Of a stretch of DNA of 64,000 nucleotides, positions 55,904-64,000 are shown piece by piece; within the stretch, counting starts at the first letter, position 1, and every line of letters begins with the position of its first letter. Under the pieces are notes generated by a model. It saw only the letters and a list, made by a program, of their open reading frames with translations. It was not told the DNA's origin and searched no databases. This DNA is from Pseudomonadaceae bacterium. Lineage in GTDB: Bacteria; Pseudomonadota; Gammaproteobacteria; Pseudomonadales; Azotimanducaceae. The DNA lies in the NCBI GenBank assembly GCA_024743175.1, contig JANSXA010000001.1:521656-585655 (forward strand), read 5' to 3'. The translations under genes were made by a program, and so were the position numbers.

Positions 55904-57373
55904 TTACTTCTCACCATTTGCTATCGCCACTCTTTCTAGTTGCGCAGCATTATGCCTATCGTACATGGCAAATAAATTTGCCTCAAACTGTACTTTCTCA
56001 GGCGTATTGCATGACAGCTTGCTCATGAACGCTCTAGTGGCTGCCGTGACGTCTGATACTGTCAATCGCTCTTCGTCGCCATGCATCCGATTCAGAATGC
56101 TGTCTGAGACCTCAGCTTGGTAAGGATCTGCTCGGCTTATGGGCACGAGTCTCTCATAGAGACGCTCTGGCACGGTATGCCTGATGGTATTCGAAGACGT
56201 CACCCGCTCTGACTCAATGCCTAAGCCGTAATCGGTTTTGGTAATCGCTATCCAAGGGATGGAAATTGTTTTCGGTTTCGGCCCCATACATTGCGAAAAC
56301 GTATCGTCATAACGGAAGAGATAGGTGACGTAGGCGGCAGGTAAAAGGCTTTGATTGGCGACCCATTCATCCATGGCAGCTCTTTCGCGCTCTGTCAAAA
56401 ATCCTTTCCCTGACAATAAAGAGCTCAAATCCTGATAGGCCCGGTTTCCATCTCCCGTCATGGCCTTGACATAGGGCGCCGCGAAACGACGATCAGACAC
56501 GGCCACCTTATTTGGCAGGTTTCGATAAATCGCCTCGACATAAGCGCCACCTGTTGGCAAACCCTGGACCAACTGCGCATCTTTACCCTGTAGCTCTTTG
56601 TCATCAAAAGGATTGCTCGTTGGAGCCACCGACGCATACATGCTTTTCTCGGGAATGCCCTCGCGGGTCAGTTTTACTGTGGTGAGATACTGCCTCAAGA
56701 CCGGCGTCAAAGTAGACGGCATTAACGTCGCAGCAGTTTTGGGAGAGGCCGTTTTGCGATCAATCGCAAGCTTACCAGCCCATTGGCGATCACCCGCAAG
56801 GGTAAATTGACCATAAAGGCTGGATTGCGCCATGACGTCCTCAGAACCGCCGCCGCAATTTTCAGACATTAATTCAGGATAGACTTTGGAATGCTCTGTT
56901 ATCTGCCCTCCATCCGTCTGAATATAATATCGGCTAGTGCTATATCGTGCGGTTACGGGGCGAGGATGTTTGTCAGCGATACGAATATTTACGGGCAGAA
57001 CACAATCGCGCACTGGGTCATGGGCAAAACCGTCATAGATTCTCTCCGCATACGAGCTGCCCTTTGTCTCATATAAAACGAGGTCGAGCGATCGGTTTTG
57101 CGCCGCCAGTCGCCATGGCCCTTCGAGGTTTGCAGTGGCGGGGATATTGCTCGCGGCTTCACGCGCTTTTTGAACACGGTCGCGTTCTTCCTGCCGACGT
57201 TGCGCAGCAGGTTTTTTCATTTCAACACCCGCTTGCCCAAACAGGTCTTCCAACGCGCTGCTAATTTCCTTCGTCGATTGAGCAGATGCAGTCACAGGCG
57301 CCAAACCAAATGAACTCGAGGCAATCACAGCAAAGAATATCTGACAGGAGATCTTGCAACTGGTGGCTCTCAC
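55904..57373 (-). CDS. Secreted hypothetical protein
   Basis: Hydrophobic N-terminus ending ASA-Q; C-terminal two-Cys domain. Confidence 0.8.
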   Translation of the reverse strand: MRATSCKISCQIFFAVIASSSFGLAPVTASAQSTKEISSALEDLFGQAGVEMKKPAAQRRQEERDRVQKAREAASNIPATANLEGPWRLAAQNRSLDLVLYETKGSSYAERIYDGFAHDPVRDCVLPVNIRIADKHPRPVTARYSTSRYYIQTDGGQITEHSKVYPELMSENCGGGSEDVMAQSSLYGQFTLAGDRQWAGKLAIDRKTASPKTAATLMPSTLTPVLRQYLTTVKLTREGIPEKSMYASVAPTSNPFDDKELQGKDAQLVQGLPTGGAYVEAIYRNLPNKVAVSDRRFAAPYVKAMTGDGNRAYQDLSSLLSGKGFLTERERAAMDEWVANQSLLPAAYVTYLFRYDDTFSQCMGPKPKTISIPWIAITKTDYGLGIESERVTSSNTIRHTVPERLYERLVPISRADPYQAEVSDSILNRMHGDEERLTVSDVTAATRAFMSKLSCNTPEKVQFEANLFAMYDRHNAAQLERVAIANGEK

Positions 57374-57613
57374 GGTCGCCCCTTTTCTGAAAATTGATGC
57401 AGTTGAGTATACCCAATGGGAGTGATCAAGTGGTTTTTGACAACCCAGTTACCCCGCCACATTTGCTGTTCGGCGGGCGCTGACACGCTTATGACTGTCG
57501 ATGTCGACCAAGAATTCTGGGCTAGGTCACACCGTTGGGCTCGCTATACTTGCTGTGACGTTGACTTCACCGCCACGGCGTTCGCAGACCTCAATATCGA
57601 AAACAAATGTTCA

Positions 57614-58522
57614 TTATTCCGGCCCGGTATGCGTAACACCCAAGGCCTCCAGTCGGCTGGTTAACAGCGCAATGGCTTTGGCATAGCGTTGCGACAATGA
57701 TGCGGCCTGTGCATCGGGTAAGTCACGAAGGCGCTCAGGGTCAGTATTGTCCAGCAGATCGCAAAGCTTCACTTGCATTGCACCTACTGCCCCCTGGTCC
57801 GCCAACCACTCGATACGTTGCGCATAGGTGCGGTCATCATCCGGTTTTTTGGTCAGCGCACTGACGATGTCAATGGTATCGTCCGAATAACCCCGTTGGT
57901 GCAGGTCATCTGCGGTGATACCGCAATCTTCCATCACGTCGTGCAACAGGGCAGCGTGGCGGACATCCTCTCCCGCATCGGGAAACACCGCCTGCAAGCG
58001 CATATGTACACGCAGCGGATGTTGGGCATAAGCGTGGCCAGCTTTGTCGGTTTGCCCGGCATGCAGTTTGATGATCCAGGAAACCGTGTCATGTACGCGT
58101 CGCTCTCTTGCCCAGCGATCCCATGTCTCATCCGTGACCTTGTCGTGATCAAAAATGCCATAGACATCGAGTGTATAAATCTGGCCGGCAAGATCCGCAT
58201 GGAAGTCCTCGTCGACGCCGGGCAGGCCCTTGCCCTCGGTATCGGTGACACACTGGGCCAGCAACAATAATTCATCCCTGAATAACAACTCGACGGGGGG
58301 TTCTCCCCAGACGTTTTCCATCGCTTCGCTCAAGGACTCAACCTTCTGCGGACGACGTTCTTCCGGGCCAGGAATAAGGTAATGCAATTCCGTAGCCCAG
58401 TAGTGATTAGCGCAATACCGCACAATTGCCTTGATCGCCGCCCATTCCTCGATGGAGGCATCGACGGCGGCGAAGGCATAGTCTGTGCGTTCAATGGTGA
58501 TCATAACCCTGGCCTCAGACAC
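57614..58522 (-). CDS. RelA/SpoT-type HD hydrolase (small alarmone hydrolase-like) with an unknown N-terminal domain
   Basis: HAGQTDKAG..Y..HP.RV, AALLHDVMED, V.ALT, VKLCDLLDN motifs. Confidence 0.8.
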   Translation of the reverse strand: MSEARVMITIERTDYAFAAVDASIEEWAAIKAIVRYCANHYWATELHYLIPGPEERRPQKVESLSEAMENVWGEPPVELLFRDELLLLAQCVTDTEGKGLPGVDEDFHADLAGQIYTLDVYGIFDHDKVTDETWDRWARERRVHDTVSWIIKLHAGQTDKAGHAYAQHPLRVHMRLQAVFPDAGEDVRHAALLHDVMEDCGITADDLHQRGYSDDTIDIVSALTKKPDDDRTYAQRIEWLADQGAVGAMQVKLCDLLDNTDPERLRDLPDAQAASLSQRYAKAIALLTSRLEALGVTHTGPE

Positions 58523-58524
58523 AC

Positions 58525-59733
58525 TTACTGTTTGATGGAGAGGCTTTCAGCTCTTTTCATGGCACTCCGACCGCGCGACTTATCGCTGAAATAGGCCTTG
58601 AGCAGTGCATCAACCTCATCAAAGGTAGTGAGAGATAATGCCTGGTTTGCCGTCACAGCTTGCTCCAGCGGTTTACTGGCCTTTTGCAGCTGCTCCAGCG
58701 CGTATTCATAATAATCAATCTGGCGTCTGACCCGCTTGCTATTGCCATGGATATCTCGATGCGAGTAGGCCAGATTCAGCCCGATATCCGCGGCCGTGAT
58801 GTACAGTTCGAGCCAATCGGATTCCCTGGCTAAGACCCGCTTGTTCTCTGCTTTCACGGTATTACTAATCGCTTCACGGGCATCGGGGTTATCGTTGTAG
58901 GTGAGCCAGTTCCGGTAGGCTGTATCGCGAACCAGCTTCAAATGACCCGCATCATCAATCTTGAAGTTCAATTTATCCGGATTAATCCGTTCATCGGCAA
59001 TCCTCCGTTCTTCAGGCCTGAATTTCAGCACCAGCAGCTGCTTTGAATGCGGGTTGGCGTTGGGAAAATCAGGGCATATTTGCTTAATCTTAGGAATAAT
59101 GGTGTTCTGTAAATACGCGGCAGGATTGGCAGCCAGCAGCGAGCTTTTTACCTGGTCATTCTCGTATTCAGCAATCACGCTGACATACGCGTGTTGGCAC
59201 CAGGCTTTGCCGGCTGAATAGAAATGAGAGTGTGTAACCAGCCCCGGCGCTCTGTGGAGAACGTAATCAGTAAATTCTGGGTAGTCGTCGACCGATTTTT
59301 TAGCCCGGCTCACAGCAGCGGGGTTCGGCTTGGGCTGATCCCTGGCACCGCACAGTACCGGCAGATCATCCCACTTGCCGCTACTAAAATCACCGTAGAC
59401 CGGAAAGAGATCGTCCCATGACACCATCTTGCGCTGGTCCCGGTCATACCAAGAATTGTGCCCCCTTAAGCCCATGTAAGGCGCATCACCAGCGAGCTGA
59501 CGATACTCCTCGGCAGTGAAGTTGTGGTTATCCTGGGATTGAAAGGCTTTGTAGCTAATCAGCCCAGGTAGCCTGGAACAGGACGGCCGCTTATCCGGAT
59601 CAAGGTATTGCTTGAACGGGATAACAAAGACATTGCCGTATTCGGTGGTGATGATGTCCTGTGCGTGCGCGGACGATATGCCCACTACCGCAGCCATAAG
59701 GTTTAACAGTAGCTGCCTGTGCCAACGAAACAT
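58525..59733 (-). CDS. Secreted hypothetical protein (ORF extends to 59817)
   Basis: ATG 59733 with GAGG RBS; signal peptide ending AHA-Q; stop lies 2 nt before the HD gene. Confidence 0.75.
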   Translation of the reverse strand: MFRWHRQLLLNLMAAVVGISSAHAQDIITTEYGNVFVIPFKQYLDPDKRPSCSRLPGLISYKAFQSQDNHNFTAEEYRQLAGDAPYMGLRGHNSWYDRDQRKMVSWDDLFPVYGDFSSGKWDDLPVLCGARDQPKPNPAAVSRAKKSVDDYPEFTDYVLHRAPGLVTHSHFYSAGKAWCQHAYVSVIAEYENDQVKSSLLAANPAAYLQNTIIPKIKQICPDFPNANPHSKQLLVLKFRPEERRIADERINPDKLNFKIDDAGHLKLVRDTAYRNWLTYNDNPDAREAISNTVKAENKRVLARESDWLELYITAADIGLNLAYSHRDIHGNSKRVRRQIDYYEYALEQLQKASKPLEQAVTANQALSLTTFDEVDALLKAYFSDKSRGRSAMKRAESLSIKQ

Positions 59734-60085
59734 TGTAGGGTCCCTCATTCTGGTTAGTGGGCGAGTCGGAATCCGCCTCTGGCCATAGGGTAACTGCCAG
59801 CCATGAGCCTCTAGCAACCAAAACCCGATAGCGTAACCGCATGGCCGGAAATTCGGGCCATTGGGCCCATGAAACCGTCAGGGTCATACCCGACTTCGAC
59901 AACAGCGTCGCCAGTCTTGCGGTGAAGTCCAGCGGGTTTCCTTTCCATATGTATGAAAACGATAACTCGGAATTACCTATGCTGCCGGGTTTTAAACCCC
60001 ACCCTGCCGTCGAGGGGTTACGACTCGTAATGTTGCGATGTTATACTCGTTAGTCAAGTATCGGAGTCTAGGGAAATTGCGAACG

Positions 60086-61573
60086 ATGACCCAAAAAATA
60101 GTTCTGACGTTGATCTTTTTCAGTCTGCCAATCAGTGCTACTTACGCCAACACAGACTGCAACATCGAACAACTGGCAGGCGAATACAAATCAGCTTACG
60201 GGGCGATGGAGTGTGGGGCGGCTTCAGGCCGACTTGATTGCTGCTACGGTAATGTTCGCTCGTGTGATAAGAAACTGGAGCTTACGCTATCCTCGCGCGG
60301 TAACGAGCTGACGGGCAAATGGATTGAGGGGAGCCAGAACGGGGCAGCACGGTTTACCGTCACAAGAGATTGCAGCGTAAGTGACGGCTTCTGGGGTAAT
60401 GGTCGACGCGCCACCTCGCCCTGGTCGGTTGCACGCGTGGGACAAGCAAAGAAAGCACCCGCTCCGACCCAAGGTACTGCCAAGGCCACGGTCAGCCGAC
60501 CTGCCCCTGCTCAATCCATTAGCTCATCATCAAGCTCACAGTCAGATACCGCCACTGGAATGCGCATCGAAAGTGCTCTCGCCGCGCTGGGATACGACCC
60601 GGGCCAGGTGGATGGCGTAATCGATGGGAATACCCGGCTTGCTATTGTCGATTGGCAGCGCAAGACCGGGCACAACGCAACCAGGGGGTTGTCGACGCGC
60701 CAGCTGGAGTATATGGAAGAGCAGGCGGTCGAAGCACGTGCGCTTGCTGAGCGCCGCGCCCAACTCGAGTCCATAAGCCCGCTGGCTCGCTTTAACAGGC
60801 GTGTAGAGCGCAATGAAGCCGTCGTCCTGTTGGATACGAAAACCCGCTGCGAAGAAACAGGCGACCCGCTGGTCGTTATCGCCGAGAGCGAAGCGGCCAT
60901 ACCCGAGAGTGGCCGCGTGCTGGGTGCTTTGCAGAACGCCATCAGCTCCATGCGTTCCGAGTGTCGCAGAAACTGGCGGCGTTTTGACGTTCCCGTCTAC
61001 ACACCGGCAGGTGCAAAGCTGAGCGAACGCTACATGTATATGTACAAATCAGGCGTGATCCTGCCCTACTCTGTTCTTACCGCAGAATATCTGGATTTTC
61101 TCAGCAATGACCCAGGGTACCCGTTTGCCCGGGTGGCTCCCCCCCTGATCAATATAGCCAGTGGCTTGTGGGAGCGGGAATTTACCCGCGGCGGCTGGTC
61201 TCAGTCCATGGGTGGCGATGCACATTGGCAAACCATCGCATTTCAGTTCGCGCTGGCGGATGCACAACTGTGCAAAAACCAGGTCGGTAAGACCGTAACC
61301 TACAAACACACTATTACGCAGCAGGACGAATATACCGTGGATACCACTACGGTCACCTATGAGTTTGATGCAGACTGGGAGCCGATTATTCTGCAGATAC
61401 TTGCAAACGGAAACCACATCGGCATTCCCATGGGCACCGGCGCCAAGCATCTGATCCGGACTTTCGGATGTGATTCAGAGGAAGTGGCCCGCCTGCGGCG
61501 CAACCCGATTACCGTGGTGGCAAAAACGCTGGGTATGCCATTGCCGCCCGGCGCAGGACACGTTCAGCAGTAG
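60086..61573 (+). CDS. Secreted protein with a peptidoglycan-binding (PG_binding_1-like) domain (ORF extends to 60038)
   Basis: Signal peptide ending TYA-N; LAALGYDPGQVDG.ID.NTR.AI.DWQRKTG motif; Cys-rich N-terminus. Confidence 0.8.
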   Translation: MTQKIVLTLIFFSLPISATYANTDCNIEQLAGEYKSAYGAMECGAASGRLDCCYGNVRSCDKKLELTLSSRGNELTGKWIEGSQNGAARFTVTRDCSVSDGFWGNGRRATSPWSVARVGQAKKAPAPTQGTAKATVSRPAPAQSISSSSSSQSDTATGMRIESALAALGYDPGQVDGVIDGNTRLAIVDWQRKTGHNATRGLSTRQLEYMEEQAVEARALAERRAQLESISPLARFNRRVERNEAVVLLDTKTRCEETGDPLVVIAESEAAIPESGRVLGALQNAISSMRSECRRNWRRFDVPVYTPAGAKLSERYMYMYKSGVILPYSVLTAEYLDFLSNDPGYPFARVAPPLINIASGLWEREFTRGGWSQSMGGDAHWQTIAFQFALADAQLCKNQVGKTVTYKHTITQQDEYTVDTTTVTYEFDADWEPIILQILANGNHIGIPMGTGAKHLIRTFGCDSEEVARLRRNPITVVAKTLGMPLPPGAGHVQQ

Positions 61574-61769
61574 CCTATCCTCCGATGAACACCGGCGGCC
61601 GCCGGTCGAGATAGATTTGCAATATCTCGATCAGGGTTGCTGTCGGGATCTTTGCAGATCGCCATGTCGGCCATGCGCCGGCAGCAGCGCTCAGCCCATA
61701 GCCCGCACCGTGGAGTGCGCGCTTGTCCCGTCCCCTTTCGCCGAGACCTAACCCCGCTCAGTTATAAGT

Positions 61770-62182
61770 GTGAGTGCATCACTGGCGTACCTGCTGGATA
61801 CCAACATCCTGTCCGATCTAGTCCGCAATCCGCAAGGCTTATTAGCCGCAAAATCACCAAGGCAGGCGAGGAAACTGTTTGCACCAACATCATTGTAGCC
61901 GCAGAACTCCGCTATGGCGCAATCAAGTCAAATTCTGCAAAACTTGCGGAACGCGTTGACGTGATACTCTCGGCACTGGAAAACCTGCCACTCGAAACAC
62001 CCGCCGACCACCAGTACGCATCTTTACGACATAACCTCACACGTCAGGAAACACCGATTGGGCCAAATGATCTACTGATTGCTGCACAAGCCCTTGCGAA
62101 TGACCTTACGGTGGTAACTGCAAATATCGGTGAATTCTCGCAGGTTCCTGGACTGAAAATAGACAACTGGTTGCAGAACTAG
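61770..62182 (+). pseudogene. vapC: VapC/PIN toxin with a 1-nt frameshift near 61836-61845
   Basis: YLLDTNILSDLVRNPQG is in one frame; KIT...AELRYG...IGPNDLLIAAQAL...TAN..EF..VPGL..DNW is in another. Confidence 0.8.
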
Positions 62183-62353
62183 CCATCGACGCCAGACTGG
62201 ACCGTGGAGAGAAATCTTCGTGACTGCTGTCACAAATAATCATTGACAGTCTTCCCAGAAAAAACTGTCCACTCTCGATTCGCTGAGAAATATGTCTTTG
62301 TCGTTAATACCTGCAGTTGCTAGTCGGTGCCAGACATTGCCCGCCAGTTCCAG

Positions 62354-63934
62354 TCACTCCCACTCTATGGTTGCTGGTGGCTTGCTCGAAACATCGTAAA
62401 CAACACGCGAGACCTCAGCGATTTCATTGATGATCCGATTGGCGACCAGCTCAATAAAATCATAAGGCAGACGTGCACTGCGCGCCGTCATGAAATCTAT
62501 GGTTTCAACCGCGCGCAGAGCAATCACGTGTTCATAACGCCGGGCATCTCCTACTACGCCAACGGATTTAACAGGAAGATAAACAGCAAAGGCCTGGGAT
62601 ACCGCATCATACAAATCCGCATGGCGCAGCTCTTCAATAAAAATTGCGTCCGCACGACGCAGCACGTCAGCGTACTGTGGTTTCACCTCACCCAGAATTC
62701 GAACACCCAGGCCGGGCCCGGGAAAAGGGTGCCTGAACACCAAAGATTTAGGTAATCCCAGTACGAGGCCAATCTGTCTGACTTCATCCTTGAACAGTTC
62801 ACGTAGCGGTTCCACCAGACCTAACGCCATACGTTCCGGCAAACCACCCACATTGTGATGGGACTTGATGACGTGTGCGTTACCATGTTTGGACGCTGCA
62901 GACTCGATGACATCCGGGTAAATAGTGCCCTGTGCCAGCCACTTGACCGCTGGAAGCGCTTTGGCTTCCCGTTCAAAAACATCTATGAAGGTGTTGCCAA
63001 TGGCTTTGCGTTTGTCTTCCGGGTCTTCAAGACCGGCCAGTTTTTGATAAAACTCCTGCGTGGCGTCCACAGTTTTGATTTTCAGCGGCAGCGCATTACC
63101 AATGCCGCTGTCTTTACCAAAAGCCATTTCAACTTCATTGCGCTCATCCAGGCGCAACAGCCCGTTATCAACAAAAACACAGGTGAGCTGTTCACCGATC
63201 GCACGCGCCAGCAAAGCCGCCACCACGCTGGAATCCACGCCACCAGACAGGCCCAGGACCACCTCGTCATCACCCACCTGTTCGCGCACATTCGCGATCG
63301 CATCTTCAATGATGTTTTCAGCCGTCCAGTCACCTCTACAGCCACAGATTTCCAGCGCAAAAACCGCCAGCAAAGCGTTACCGTTAGCCGTGTGGGTGAC
63401 CTCTGGATGAAACTGAACACCGTAAATATGCCGGTCACTGTCTTCCATTGCCGCGATCGGCGCACTTGATGTACTTGCGGTTACAACAAAACCTGGCGGC
63501 ACTTCTATGACCTTGTCACCATGGCTCATCCACACATCAGCGCTGCTGATCTGGGTTGCTCCTAACGACCCGATCAAGGCGCTCGGCTGTTCTGCTGTAA
63601 CTTTGGCGTGGCCAAATTCCCGCTTGGCTGATTCCTGCACACGCCCGCCCAGCTGTTCCGCCAGCGTCTGCATGCCATAACAGATACCCAGTACCGGCAC
63701 ACCCAGATTGAGGATAGCCTGCGCCAGACGTGGCGTTTCGCCCAGGGTCACGGTTTCCGGCCCGCCAGACAGAATGACGCCCTGTGGCGCAAATTCGCGC
63801 AGAAACGCCGCGTCGATATCGTAGCTGTAGATTTCACAGTAGACGCCACATTCGCGTACGCGCCGGGCAATCAATTGTGTGTATTGCGAACCAAAGTCGA
63901 CTATCAGCAACCGCTGATCATGAATGTCATGCAC
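62354..63934 (-). CDS. guaA: GMP synthase (glutamine-hydrolysing)
   Basis: [38 protein letters not shown] motifs. Confidence 0.98.
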   Translation of the reverse strand: MHDIHDQRLLIVDFGSQYTQLIARRVRECGVYCEIYSYDIDAAFLREFAPQGVILSGGPETVTLGETPRLAQAILNLGVPVLGICYGMQTLAEQLGGRVQESAKREFGHAKVTAEQPSALIGSLGATQISSADVWMSHGDKVIEVPPGFVVTASTSSAPIAAMEDSDRHIYGVQFHPEVTHTANGNALLAVFALEICGCRGDWTAENIIEDAIANVREQVGDDEVVLGLSGGVDSSVVAALLARAIGEQLTCVFVDNGLLRLDERNEVEMAFGKDSGIGNALPLKIKTVDATQEFYQKLAGLEDPEDKRKAIGNTFIDVFEREAKALPAVKWLAQGTIYPDVIESAASKHGNAHVIKSHHNVGGLPERMALGLVEPLRELFKDEVRQIGLVLGLPKSLVFRHPFPGPGLGVRILGEVKPQYADVLRRADAIFIEELRHADLYDAVSQAFAVYLPVKSVGVVGDARRYEHVIALRAVETIDFMTARSARLPYDFIELVANRIINEIAEVSRVVYDVSSKPPATIEWE

Positions 63935-63939
63935 GTTTT

Positions 63940-64000
63940 TCAGCTTCTCGGGTAGTTGGGGGCTTCTTTGGTGATAGCCACATCGTGCACATGTGATTCA
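63940..64000 (-). CDS. guaB: IMP dehydrogenase, C-terminal end only
   Basis: [19 protein letters not shown]-stop, immediately upstream of guaA. Confidence 0.9.
   Translation of the reverse strand, partial: ESHVHDVAITKEAPNYPRS

Larger units (their letters stand above)
54690..62368. mobile_element. About 7.7-kb guaA-integrated genomic island with no integrase left
   Basis: Direct repeat of the guaA 3' end; IHF site TATCAATGGCTTA at 54732-54744; AATACCATG repeats at 54762 and 54774; pseudogenes inside. Confidence 0.8.

Noticed and set aside
61637-61769. N-terminal part of the 181-aa ORF in the track
   Set aside because: An artefact of the vapC frameshift; the true PIN N-terminus (YLLDTN) is in another frame starting at GTG 61770.
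1-64000. tRNA, rRNA, CRISPR arrays, retron/DGR reverse transcriptases; many antisense ORFs over housekeeping genes
   Set aside because: No cloverleaf, rRNA, repeat-spacer or RT motifs were recognised by eye; the antisense ORFs are expected shadows of GC-rich coding strands.

Overview
Gammaproteobacterial chromosome segment with Pseudomonadales-like gene order: degP-rseC-rseB-rseA-rpoE / nadB-ygfX-sdhE-ygfZ, a valine/acyl-CoA catabolic trio, ung-lysS-prfB, recJ-hom-dsbC-xerD, rplS-trmD-rimM-rpsP-ffh, leuA, purT, purL-tadA and guaA-guaB. Two insertions are bounded by direct repeats. (1) A 16.5-kb element (17603-34108) with exact 21-bp att repeats splits a GNAT acetyltransferase gene. It encodes an integrase, a primase-helicase, TerS/TerL, scaffold, portal, major capsid protein, adaptor, head-closure protein and tail terminator. 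I found no tail tube, tape measure, lysis or recognisable repressor genes, so it is a candidate capsid-forming, tail-hijacking satellite. Its beta-helix gene is separated by one in-frame TAA from a Ser-Pro heptad stalk fused to the head-tail adaptor. (2) A 7.7-kb integrase-less island at the guaA 3' end carries secreted unknown proteins, a (p)ppGpp-hydrolase-like HD fusion and decayed genes. Unannotated non-coding signals include a candidate sigma54/IHF-driven sRNA with CU-rich loops between xerD and rplS and an apparently leaderless Leu-rich leader peptide before leuA. No rRNA, tRNA or CRISPR array was seen. All family assignments come from motif recognition by eye, not database searches.
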